The position numbers and the translations under genes are program-made. From Mobula hypostoma (taxonomy: Eukaryota), in the NCBI RefSeq assembly GCF_963921235.1, contig NC_086097.1, positions 230,456,001 to 230,520,000 of the forward strand: a stretch of DNA of 64,000 nucleotides, read 5' to 3'. Positions within the stretch are counted from its first letter, which is position 1. The number at the start of each line of letters is the position of its first letter. Positions 11,643 through 23,140 of the stretch are shown piece after piece. The notes below the pieces were generated by a model that saw only the letters and a program-made list of their open reading frames with translations, was not told the DNA's origin and did no database searches.

Positions 11643-12624
11643 TAATTACTAGCAACACCTACTTAACAGTAATCTGTTCTGAGATGCTCTGTTAAATGTT
11701 TATCACGACCACTCAACTCCAAGTTTCGTCATAGCCTTGAGAGACAAAGAGTGGAACTCCAGGGATGAGGGAAGAGACTGACTTCAATATCAAAGCAGAA
11801 TTTATTCAACTGGAGCTCTGCTAAATTTGGACTTCAATAGGAGATAGGCACTTCAGCCTCCGACCTGTTTTTCTGGCCATTATATATATGAATGAATGGC
11901 TGGTCCAGTGGAATCTGACTGTGGGGTGGCCATGCAATGGTTATGCTATTCAAGGCATATTGGTTGGAAATAGTCATTTTCTGGCATCTGTGCAGTTTAA
12001 ATGTCACTTTCCATATGCCAGTCCCTGTTTGAATGTTATATAGATCCTGCTCCATGCAGAATATTCACTTTCTGAGCAGTTAAAAATAGAACTGAGCACC
12101 GATGAATTTTTTCCTCTTCTGACTTGGTGACGGAAGTATTTTCTTTCAAGCAGCTGAAAATGTTTCGCTCTGGGATGATGTCCGGAGGGTACCTCCTCAA
12201 GCAATGATCTGAAGCTGAGATGCAATGTAGAACATAACAGCACAGGGCATGAACTTCGGCCCACTATGTTGCACTGAACTTTTAACCTACTCTAAAATCA
12301 ATCTAACATTCCCCCCCCCCCCACATAACCCTCCTCCATGAATGTCAATTGTCATAACTGACAATTTTAATAACTGGACTTTTCTACTGGCATCACGAAT
12401 AACAATCAAATTATCACTAGTCTGTAGTTTTGTGAAATCAATAGTGCTAATCCATGGCTTTTTGAGTAACCCTGCCATTATTATCAGTTCCTGCAGGTTT
12501 GAGATCTATAGAATGTACTCAGTTAAGATTATTTCCTTCTCAAAATTGTGCTTCCACCCCCCCTCCCAATTACTGTTTAATTTTCATGATCAGTTGATAA
12601 TCTTTGTGAGAAATGTCTGTAACA

Positions 12625-12937
12625 TTCAACATGGAGCATAGCACAGCACAGTACAGGCCTTTTGGCCCACAATGTTGTGCCAACGTTTTAACCAACTCTA
12701 AGATCAATCTAACCATTCCTCTCACATCGCCCTCCATTTTTCTTTCATCCACGTGCTTATCTAAGAGTTTCTTGAATTCCCTTATGGATCCGTCCCCACC
12801 ACCATTCCCGGCAGGGCGTTCCACACTCCCACCACTCCCTGAGAGAAGAACTTACCACTGACATTTCCCCTATACTTCCCTCTAATGACTTTAAAATTAT
12901 GCCCTCTTATATTAGCATTTCTGCCCGGGGAAAAAGT
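12625..12937 (-). mobile_element. CR1 3' fragment (continues at about 13515-13550 after a Rex1 insertion)
   Basis: Minus-strand ORF FKKLLDKHVDERKMEG, plus CR1 3' UTR reverse complement ACAGTACAGGCCTTTTGGCCCACAATG. Confidence 0.75.
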
Positions 12938-13513
12938 AGATAGATAGATAGACATACTTTATTGATCCCGAGGGAAATTGGGTTTTGTTACAATTGCACC
13001 AACCAAGAATAGAGTATAAATATATCAATATAAAACCATTAAAAATTAAATAATAATATGTAAATTATGCCAGATGGAAGTAAGTCCAGGACCAGCCTAT
13101 TGGTTCAGGGTGTCTGACCCTCCAAGGGAGGAGTTGTAAAGTTTGATGGCCACAGGCAGGAATGACTTCCTATGACGCTTTGTCTTGCATCTCGGTGGAA
13201 TGAGTCTCTGGCTGAATGTACTCCTGTGCCCAACCAGTACATTATGTAGTGGATGGGAGGCATTGTCCAAGATGGCATGCAACTTGGACAGCATCCTCTT
13301 TTCAGACACCACCATCAGAGAGTCCAGTTCCATCCCCACAACATCACTGGCCTTACAAATGAGTTTGTTGATTCTGTTGGTGTCTGCTACCCTCAGCCTG
13401 CTGCCCCAGCACACAACAGCAAACATGATAGCACTGGCCACCACAGACTCATAGAACATCCTCAGCATTGTCCGACAGATGTTAAAGGACCTCAGTCTCC
13501 TCAGGAAATAGAG
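12938..13513 (-). mobile_element. 5'-truncated Rex1-type LINE with (CTAT)n tail
   Basis: ORF LYFLRRLRSFNICRTMLRMFYESVVASAIMFAVVCWGS...HPLH...SFLPVAIKLYN, then AATAAAG and a (TAGA)n tail on the plus strand. A second copy lies at 18722-19030. Confidence 0.85.
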
Positions 13514-13565
13514 TCTCTGACTATCGACTTGATCTATGCCTCTTATCATGACTAACAACTAAACT

Positions 13566-13853
13566 AGGGTAGCATGGTAGTGTGGTGGCTAGCACAATGC
13601 TTTACAGTACAGGAGACCCAGGTTCAATACCTAATGCTGCCTGTGAGGAATTTGTACATTCTCTCTGTGATCATGTGGGTTTCCTCACGGTGCTTCGGTT
13701 TCCTCCCACAGTCCAAGGACTTACCAACCTTGGGAGATTAATTGGTCTCTGTAAATTATCCCTTGATTAAGGTAGGGTTAAAGTGAGGATTGTTGGGAGG
13801 CACAACTCAGAGGGCCGGAAGGCCCGATTCTGCATTGTATCTCAATAAATAAA
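13566..13853 (+). mobile_element. tRNA-derived V-domain SINE (HE1-like)
   Basis: A-box-like TGGTAGTGTGGTGG, B-box-like GGTTCAATACC, V-domain GTGGGTTTCCTC..GGTGCT.CGGTTTCCTCCCACAGTCCAA, CR1-like 3' end and (AATA)n tail. Confidence 0.75.
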
Positions 13854-14151
13854 ACAGTTTCTTTCGAGTGAGAACTCCAATGGAATGTGATACTCACTGA
13901 CATCAGGTTAACTTGGATTCCCTGATACCATGTTCAATCAAACATCATCGCACATTGAAGTTTAACTCCTTGGTTCACGTTTAGGACACAAAAATGCCAA
14001 TGAACATCTAAAATCAGGTCATTAATCTGTAAGTGCTACTTAAAGCATTGATACCAACATTTTCCATCACTTTTCTGATAATTAAGAGCCGACCAATTAC
14101 ATAATAATTAACTAGATTGTATTTTTTGGGACAGGACAGATTTGGGTGATT

Positions 14152-14372
14152 TTATTTATTTTTATTATTTATTGAGATACAGTGCAGGATAGACCCTTCG
14201 AGCTGTGCCACCAGCAATTCGTCAATTTAATCCTAGCCCAATCACAGGACAATTTACAACGATGACCAATTAACTTACCGACCGCTTTGTGTTTGGACTG
14301 TGGGAGGAAACTGGAGCACCTGGAGGAAACCCACGCAGCCATGGGGAGAACGTACAAACTCCTTACAGGCGG
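14152..14372 (-). mobile_element. V-domain SINE copy
   Basis: TTTGGACTGTGGGAGGAAACTGGAGCACC...GGGGAGAACGTACAAACTCC with a (TTTA)n tail on the left. Confidence 0.75.
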
Positions 14373-14939
14373 AGGTGGAAGGTGGAGATGCACCATCAGG
14401 GAGGTGCCAATATGATACTCTTCAGGTTAGGCTCTCTGGCATGGTGAAACTATTTCCAGTCGCATTTGGAAGGGTACGTTTTACTGAGTAATTTCCTTGC
14501 AGTGGAAATTGAAACAAAGAGAAATGAGATCCACAATTACTCTTCAGTTATGGCAGGCATAAGCATGGAAAATTGGATGGATTGGCTTATTTCTGTGGTA
14601 CATATGCTACTTGATTTAAAAATTAATTTTACTTAAATTAAAAATGAAAAAGGTTGCTAATATTGTTCTTATTTTCTTCTAAAAAATGGACCCAAATTAT
14701 ATTTATAAATATCAATTAAGTCAGTTTGAAAAATACAACACAATTCATCTGACATTTACAGATTAGGCTATTAAAACTTGAACAAGATACATCACAAATT
14801 TTAGCTTAACGATTTTTGCTCAGATATCAAACTGGCAGAATTGTTCCTTTTCCTTCTGAATCACTTAATTTTTAAATGGTACTGAATTACAACTACTTGG
14901 GTAGCCAACATCACAAAGTACTATACTGTAATGAATTTA

Positions 14940-15305
14940 TAGAGTCACAGAACACTACGGCCCAGAAAGAGCCTCTTCGGCCCATCTAGGCCATGCAGAG
15001 TTTTTTCATCTTAGTGCCATCAACTTGTATCAGGACCATAGCCCTTCACACACCCCTCATCCATGTACCTGTCCAAATTTCTCTTAAGTGTTGCATCTAT
15101 CACCTCTGCTGCCTTCTCCTTCCACACTTGCACCATCCTCTGAGTGAAGAAGATCCCTATCAGGTTCCCCCTACATACTTCACCTTTCACCTTGAACCTA
15201 TGACCTCTCGTTCTAGACTCACCCAACCTCATGGGAAAAAACCCTATCTATATCCCTTATAATTTTGAATACCTCTGTAAGATCTCCCTTCATTCTCCTA
15301 CACTT
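14940..15305 (-). mobile_element. CR1 3' fragment
   Basis: Minus-strand ORF ESRTRGHRFKVKG...FFTQRMVQVW...LDRYMD. Confidence 0.75.
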
Positions 15306-15919
15306 CATCATGTGTGTGTTTTTAGGATAGCTTTAACTTCAAATATATTTTTTTCCAAACAGAAATAAATGCTTAAGTTACCCTGGTAAATACATACTAA
15401 TTTAGATCTTGTGGTCACCAAGGCATGGGATTATGGGAGACTTCAAAACAGATTTTCACTGTTTTAGCGGAACCCTATGCAAAGGATTTATTTTTTCTGA
15501 CTTTGGCTTCAATTGAGTGCCTTCTCGTGATGATACAGTGACTGCAGCGAAGTAGTAAAAGAGTCATGGAAAATAGACATAAGTAATTTTAGAGAATAAA
15601 GATTGTGATGTACACATGAGATTAAGGAAAGAAATAGGAATATCAGAAAAAATACATCTAATTTTTAAGTGTCTTTGAGGGAATGTTAAAATTATGATTG
15701 TCTAACCATAGTTGCAATTTGTTATGTCATTCAGAACTTATCCAGCCCAGAATAAATGAAGGTTCATCTCTAAACACAAGAGATTCTGCAGATGCTGGAG
15801 AAACTTATCAAGTCAGGCAGCATCTGTGGAGGGGAATAAGCAACCAACTTTTGGCCAGCTTTGCCTATTACAGGAAGAATCACATGCAAGTGGTTGAATT
15901 TCATAACAAACCATTGTTT

Positions 15920-16690
15920 TCAGAATCAAGTTTAATATCACTGGCATATGTTGTGAAATTTGTTAACTTTGTGGCAGCAGTATAATGCAATTCATGATAA
16001 TATAGAAAAAGACTGTGAAATTACAGTGTGTATATATATAAAATAGTTAAATTAAATCCACAGATGTACCATGAAGAGCATTCTGACAGACTTCATCACC
16101 GTCTGTTATGGGGGGTGGGCTACTGCACAGGATCAAAAGAAGTTACAGAAAGTTGTAAAATTAATCAGCTCCATCATGAGCAACAGCCTCCATAGTGTCC
16201 AAGACATCTTCAAGGAGCATTGCCTCAGAAAGGCACTGTCCGTTATCACACAGGGCATGCCCTCTTCCCGTTGTTACAATCATGAATGAAAAGAGAAGCC
16301 TGAAGGCACACACTCAGTGATTCAGGAACAGCTTCTTCCCCTCTGCCATCCGATTCCTAAATGGACATTGAACCTGTGAACACTGCCTCACTTTTTTATT
16401 ATTTCTATTTTTGCACTATTTTTAATTTAACTATTTAACATACATATGTCCTGACAGTATTTCATTTATTTATTCATGCTTCTATATTTTATCATGTATT
16501 GCATTGTACTGCTGCTGCAAAGTTAACAGATTTCACCGCCTGTGCCAGTGATATTAAACGTGATTCTGATTCTGATAAGTAGTGCAAAAACAGAAATAAA
16601 AAAGTAGTGAGGTAGTGTTCATCGGTTCAATGTCCATTTAGGAATCGGATGGCAGAAGGGAAGAAGCTGTTCCTGAATCGCTGAGTTCAC
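15920..16690. mobile_element. Nested pair of L2/Rex-type LINE 3' ends: plus copy 16058-16574 inside a minus copy
   Basis: The inner copy encodes AQDQKKLQKVVK...FKEHCLRKA and ends with a (GATTCT)n tail. The flanks are the reverse complement of the same family's 3' UTR. Confidence 0.75.
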
Positions 16691-17239
16691 AAAGTTCACC
16701 AGTGGCAGTTCTAAAACAGCACTAACGCGCTCCTTCATGTAACACGCAGGTGTTGGGTGTCGTATTTCCCACGTTACTGGGCAGTGATAGCAAGCACGGA
16801 GTGGGTCTCTTGTTCTGTGTACCTCTGAGGCCTGGCACTACATACAGAAGGAATGTAGAATTGGAGAGTCATCAGGCTGAGGAACAGATCCACACCAACT
16901 GAGCAACCATCTACACCACTGCTACTACTCTCTACCATCACAATTCAACTACTCATCTAGAAATGTTAAATATTGTGAAAATACCAACCTCCACCATCCC
17001 ACTCATGCAGTGCACTTCAGATTCCAATCACACTCTGGGTGAAAAAAAATTCTACCCCTGGGTTCCCCTTTGAACCTTTTACCTGTTGTTGTAAACCTAT
17101 GACTTCCAGTTCTAGTTCTGTTCCGTGTAAGATGGTTTCTTGTCTCCCATCTCTGTTCCTCATACTTTTGCATTCCTCTGCCAGTCCCCTGTCAGCTTCC
17201 TCCTTCCCAAAGAAAAGCAATTGCTGCTGAATTATTCTG

Positions 17240-17570
17240 AATCCATCCCAGCCACACTAACAAATGTGCCCACGAGGACACTGGACCCTAAGGAATACAC
17301 CCACAGCTGCAGCTTCCTCCAGACTGACTGCAAAGGTTAAACGATCCTTGTCATTGTCCTTTCCCAGGCCTACAACCTCAGAACTGGCTCGCTCACTGTA
17401 CCTAATCATTGATCAGCCATAATGTTTGCATACTTGACACCAAGCTCCAGAACCACACTCTATTCTGAGCACTGTCATGAGAAGAGATTACCAGATGGAC
17501 CAAAGAAAGGTTTCAAGCATGGGCTCAAAGCCTCCTTGAGGAAATACAATATCCCCACCAGGCAAAGGAA
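17240..17570 (+). mobile_element. Degenerate RTE-type LINE fragment
   Basis: ACTCTATTCTGAG...GGACCAAAGAAAGGTTTCAAGCATGGGCTCAAAGCCTCCTTG resembles the RTE C-terminal LYSEL...GGQRKRFKD.LKASL motif. Confidence 0.5.
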
Positions 17571-18129
17571 CCTATACATATTTCAAACAAAAAAATGATG
17601 CATGCAGGATATCGCTTCTTTGTATCAAGGACTCCTGCGGCAGAAAGTTGTTGGGGAATGTTATGTTTGAATGGCGAAGCAGACTCATTGGCTGGTTTCC
17701 TAATTCTGCTTCTATCTCTTGTGGCCTAATGGTCTCTTCTGGGAGCCAGCATGGGCCTGATGGGAAGAGTAGTCTCTGTGTTGTAGTTACGAAGCAAGAA
17801 AGGAAAACCTTTGGGGAGACTTTCAAAAAAGCAGGGAGGAAATTTGAGCACAGGGGAACCTGACACAGGGAATTTCAGCCAGCACAATTATCAGGCAAAA
17901 GAACTTTGTCAGATGAATTGGTAGCAGGCATTGAGTGGGCGTGGTGAGGTCTTAGGAAGGAATAAGCGAGAAGAACATTTCTGAAACTAACTGAAGGCCT
18001 AGAGACCTACTGCAGCTTAGAAAAAAAATGAATACATTTCTGTGATTGCGATATAAACTGAAATATTTGAGTAATTTATTATTTGTGGAAGGTAGAAGGT
18101 TAATGAAGGTTTCAGTAAGCAGGGTCCAA

Positions 18130-18380
18130 AGTTGTACAGAACCTGCGTACTGTCGAATTCACTTTGATTCCCGCTACTGTATGTAAGATTGTACCCTGTG
18201 ATCCTCCAGGTGCTCCAGTTTCCTCCTACTGTCCAAAGATGTACTGGTTGGTAGGTTAATCGGTCATTGTAAATTGTCCTGTGATTAGGGTAGGGTTAAA
18301 TTGGGGGTTCCTGGGCAGTGCGCTCAAAGGGCCAGGAGGGCCTATTTCATGCTTTATCTCAATAAATAAATGAATAAATA
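18130..18380 (+). mobile_element. V-domain SINE copy (degenerate head)
   Basis: CCAGGTGCTCCAGTTTCCTCCTACTGTCCAAAGA...GGTTAATCGGTCATTGTAAATTGTCC...AATAAATAAA. Confidence 0.7.
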
Positions 18381-18384
18381 TGGG

Positions 18385-19200
18385 CTCTGGAATCAGAATT
18401 GGGTTTGTTATCACCGACATAGGTGATGAAATTTGTTGTTTTGTGGCTGCAGTGCAGTCCACACATAAAAATTGCTGGAAATAACCAAAGGAATCTATAA
18501 CAATATAAATAGATAGTGCAAAAAGAGAGCAACCTGGTGGGGTAGTGTTCGTGGTCTGTTCAGAAATCTGACGGCAGAGAGGAAGAATCTGTTCCTAAAA
18601 TGTTGAATGTGCATCTTTAGGCTCCTGTACCTCCTCCCTGTTGGTAGTAATGAGAAGGGGGCAAGAACTGGATGGTGAGGGTCCTTTATGATGGATGCCA
18701 CCCTCTCGAGGAACTCGCTTTTAGATAGATAGATATACTTTATTGATCCCGAGGGAAATTGGGTTTCGTTACAGTTGCACCAACCAAGAACAGAGTACAA
18801 ACATAGCAATACAAAACAACGAACAATCAAATAGTAATATGTAAACCATGCCAGACAGAAATAAGTCCAGGAACAGCTCATTGGCCCAGGGTTTCTGACC
18901 CTCCAAGGGAGGAGCTGCAAAGTTTGATGGCCACAGGCAGGAATGACTTCCCATGACGCTCAGTGCTGCATCTCGGTGGAATGAGTCTCTGGCTGAAAGT
19001 ACCCCTGTGCCCAACGGTGTAAATGATGTTACACACCAACGTCTGGTTGGCAGAGGAAGGGATGTGCACAACAACCACAATGAAGATGTTCTCGATGGTG
19101 GGGAGCCTAGTGGCTGACTTTGCAGCCCTCTGCAGCTTTTTATAGTCCTGTGTACTGGGGCTTCTTTGCCAGTCAGGGAATGCTTTGGTACCAGGCAGAG
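18385..19200 (-). mobile_element. L2/Rex-type LINE 3' part with a nested Rex1-type fragment (18722-19030)
   Basis: The host encodes ASIIKDPHHP...LLPTGRRYRSLK...FRNRFF. The insert is nearly identical to 12938-13230 and has a (TAGA)n tail. Confidence 0.75.
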
Positions 19201-20129
19201 CTGAAGGTTTGTTCAGTAAGCTGTTGAAGGACGTAGGAAGAGCCTTGCAATTGATAGAACACGTCATCAGGACAAGGAGGCCGGCCAATTAAAAGCAAAT
19301 AAAACAAAGCATTCAGTGCTGCTTTAAAATAGTTTCTTAAATTGGTTAGGCTGTAATTACATAGAGGCGCTGATCTGCAGTATGATTGTTTCTAAAACGA
19401 AGGCAGCTTCTTCACAGAAACTTCAACCTAATGATTACAATGACTTAGTAAACATTGTGTTGTTACCTCCACAACTGCAAACAGTCATCTTCATGTCAGA
19501 TCGTTCTTACCTCATTATGTATATTCCAATTGTGTTTTTATATGGATTATCAAGTGTCTGATTTTTTAACTTGGGTCTATGATTTTCTTACTGTAGTTCT
19601 TTGAAGTAAATTCAACAATCTGAGAATTCAAAGTAATTTCTGAATTTTAGCTAACAAAGATATTGTGTGGACACTATGAATACAGATATTCTTGATGCCA
19701 TAGCAGTAGAAAATCACCAGGTTTCAGTCAAAGTGAAATCAGCTCTTATCTAATCACCCTATGGAAATTAGATAGGTGGGAAGATCAAAAAAATCCATAA
19801 ACTGCCTCTACCAACAGGCTATGCTTTTAATTTGATTTCCTAAGCAAAACGGCATGTCATCTTCTGAAAATGGTGAGGCATTTGAAAATTGCAGCTCAAG
19901 TTCAGAATCGATTTCTACTTGAACCAAAGATTTGCCCAGTTGGGTGTCCTTCCTTGCAGGTGTGAAGCAATGTTAGAGGCAGACGATGCTCAAAGGGGCA
20001 AGGCTTTTCCTATTTTGCACTTTTGCTAAAGAATTTTAATAAAAGGATAGTATTAAGATTTAACTTGATTTGTCACATGTACAGTGAAATGCGCCATGTG
20101 CGTCACATCAAATCAGTGAAGAGTGTACC

Positions 20130-20320
20130 CGCAGGATGCTGATAACTCACTAACCCCAGACCATAAATCTTCGGAATGTGGAGGAAACTAGAGCACCTGA
20201 AAGAAGAAGCCGGAGCACCCGGAGGAAATCCATGTGGTCGCGTGAAGTACGTACCAACTCCTTCCAGGCAGCCGTGGGAGTTGAACCCCGATCTGTGATC
20301 ACTGCACTCTAACAAGTAGG
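20130..20320 (-). mobile_element. V-domain SINE copy
   Basis: GGAATGTGGAGGAAACTAGAGCACC...CCGGAGCACCCGGAGGAAATCC...TTGAACCCC. Confidence 0.6.
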
Positions 20321-20339
20321 GGACTGTGCACAATTCTGA

Positions 20340-20918
20340 TTTGATGGAGACAGACGTGAGAGTGTGGAGGAACATCTGGAAAATTTCTGAAATGCCCGCT
20401 TGGCTGCCGCTGCTACTGTGTGGTAACTGGAATCTCCGGAGCAGAAGGCCCCGAAATCCTCGGCTTTGCGTGTTTCAGCGGCTGGGGCGAGGTCGATAGT
20501 GCTCAGGAGGCTGTATCGGAGAGGCTGGTCGGAGGCTCGAAGTTTTCGGATGGATGGACTCAGTGTCGGCTGTGGTCAGCTGCTTCCAAGGCATCAGCAA
20601 GTTGACAGTACCTGGAGGTTTATGACAGGGAGTTTCTCCCTTTTGCCGCCGCTATCGGGGACTCGGGAGTCGATCGACTCGAGGACTTTGAGACTTTTTA
20701 CCATGCCCATAGTTTGATCTTCATCAAATTATGTTATTGCTTCGTACTGCTGTAACTATATGTTATAATTATGTGGTCCTGTCAGTGTTAGTCTTTGGTT
20801 TGTCCTGTTTTCTGTGATATCACTCCGGAGAAACATTGTATCATTTCTTAATGCATGTATGCATTTCTAAATGACAATAAAAGAGGACTGAGTGTTTTCA
20901 TAATCTAATCTAATCTAA
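20340..20918 (+). mobile_element. Non-coding retroposed element with LINE-like 3' end and (AATCT)n tail
   Basis: CpG-rich body, T-rich 3' region, AATAAAA signal and ATAATCTAATCTAATCTAA tail. Confidence 0.6.
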
Positions 20919-21464
20919 CAGAATGAGAGACGACCAGAACTCCTCCAGGCTGAGCAAGAGAAATCAACACAGCCTCGTCCAGGCTTCCTCCCTACCCCAA
21001 CTATAGGACACTCTCCAATCTATCTCAGCCTCAGGTCTGTCCACTACCATTCGCAGACTTCTTGTGCCCAACCAGACCTCTTACTATGACCAACTGGCAA
21101 GTTACTGCTGCCTAGTATTTAAGGTTGTGCAGTCGATGCCAAGCAGCTAAAAACCTTCTAAGCACTCACCCCCCCCCCCAACTATTCCAATTACTTTTAA
21201 AATTATTCACTTGTACAGGATCTGGAAGCATCACTGGCAAGGCCAGAGTTTAGGTTCCCTTCTGGAAAGCGCTACTTTATGCTTTCTTCGAAGTTTCTTC
21301 CCTCGCGCCCCCCCCCCACCGATTAATCTGATCAACCATTTTAGTTTCCCTTCACCACATCCCCCCACCCCCATCTATTACTGATGTCACTGCACTGTAC
21401 TGTTAACACAGCATAGCAAGATCCTAATACATATAGATGGGAAATAAAGTTGGTCCTTAATCCA

Positions 21465-21850
21465 ACAGCTACATCCAAACTGCCTTTGTGAAGGTCCCGG
21501 GCAGCTGTTCTTGTGGTGCGGGTACTCCCAGCAAAGCTAACAGACAGGCAGTTCCAGGAGCTAGCCCCTGTACTGGTGAAGGAAACACACATATTTCCAT
21601 GTGAGGACGGAATGTGACATGAGAGAAACATATAGTTCCCATGCACCAGTTGCTCTTATCCATCTTGCGGGTAGAGTCACTGCTTTGGGATGTGCTGGTG
21701 GTGCCAGTGTGAATAAGTGCAGGGCATTTAATGATGATGTGCACTGTGGCTATCTCTATCTGTACTTCATACACCACTTTAAACATGCAATGGAGGCTGT
21801 GAGCATTTAGGATGGCAGATGGGGTCTCAACCCAATGAGACCTCAAGAAG
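21465..21850 (-). mobile_element. Old degenerate CR1-clade LINE 3' end; related fragments at about 43300-43610 (+) and 11700-12100
   Basis: Minus-strand ATGGGAAC...TGGAAATAT...TTCCTTCAC...CCTGGAACT...GGGAGTACC resembles, from memory, a common chondrichthyan LINE 3' end. Confidence 0.45.
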
Positions 21851-22889
21851 TGGATGGAGTTTCAATTGGATAGAAACAGTTTAAAACCGGAATTGAACAG
21901 CAAAGGTAGAAACACTTACTGGTGGACTAAACTGGGTTCAACAGGACAATAAGATAATTAATTTCCCCTTCTCGTTTACAGTGGTCAATAAAACAGTAAG
22001 GCAGTGAGCAATAGAATCGCTGTTACAGGAGCAGAAGCCAGTTTCAAATAATGATTTCCCAATTCAATGTCAGGAGAGACATTGAGTTCATATTCATAAC
22101 CCAGAAAGGCAGTTCTACTATTGCAAAACTGTAGCTTGTGTAGGAGCCAATGAATCTATTTTCTGTCTGGCTGTATTTGTGTTGCACGTTTATTATGGGT
22201 AATTTGTCATGTGGGTTTTTGGGCGCGGTAGAAGCAAATGGGTATGGTCAGATTTTCACCTCGACTATAGTGCCATTAGTTTTTACTTAGAGAGAGACTT
22301 AGTAGGGGACATGGATATTTTTGTATTGACCGCTATATCACTAATTTGGTTATATCAACTTTGCTTATTTCACTCGCTACGCTGATTTTGTTAGTTTTTT
22401 TGTCACTATATGAGATAGTTTGTCTTTGCTGGTTTCAAAATAAAGGAGCTAACATACTTTTTTGACTTGAAACTTAGTTATTTGGAAGTGTGTCATGCAG
22501 TGACGAATCGCTCACTCAGTCTCTCAGCAGATCTGGTTTGTTTCTTAAGTAACCTCTACAGCTTGTGATTCCTGAACATCAAATTGTGTGGTAAATTTTG
22601 CCACAGGGGAGTTATTCCTGCAAACGTTAACCCCAAATCAATAGTTAAAGTAGATGATCTGGTCATTTGATGCCGAGGATTGAGGCCTGGGGTAGGGGGA
22701 GGGCCATTGGCCGGAGTCCCAAGTCTACAAATCTCTGCAAGTCTGCTGGGATAGTTGAAGGCCCGATATAAAGTCTGAAGCCGAGGCTGGAGAACAAAGT
22801 AAATAGACTGTCTTGGGATTAGAGGACTATGTTAATGTGCATGGATGGGAGGAAGGAAAGGGGCTTACTTTGCAGGTGTAGCTTTGTTA

Positions 22890-23140
22890 CTTGTGTATTT
22901 AATACTTCAGTAAAATTTGAGTAATCTTGTGTGTGCGTGTACATGTATATATAGTTTGATTAAGCATTCTTGTTCATTTAAATAATTCATTACAGGTTAC
23001 ATGTATAAATATGTGAATTACATACGTCGTCACGCTACCCTGTGATACATGCACACTTCGCTTAAAGTAAAACACGAAATTAGACTCACATTTTGGACTC
23101 TCGTGTCTTCCTTTGAGTTAGTTTAATGTTTTGAAGTTTG
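22890..23140 (+). mobile_element. Probable LTR fragment
   Basis: Starts TTGTGTATTTAATA, has TATAAA, an AGTAAA poly(A)-like signal and a U5-like CTCGTGTCTTCCTTTG; the 3' terminus is missing. Confidence 0.4.

Noticed and set aside
19500..19630. Minus-strand donor GAG|GTAAGA near 19511
   Set aside because: All three upstream frames contain stops within about 110 nt, so no coding exon is supported.
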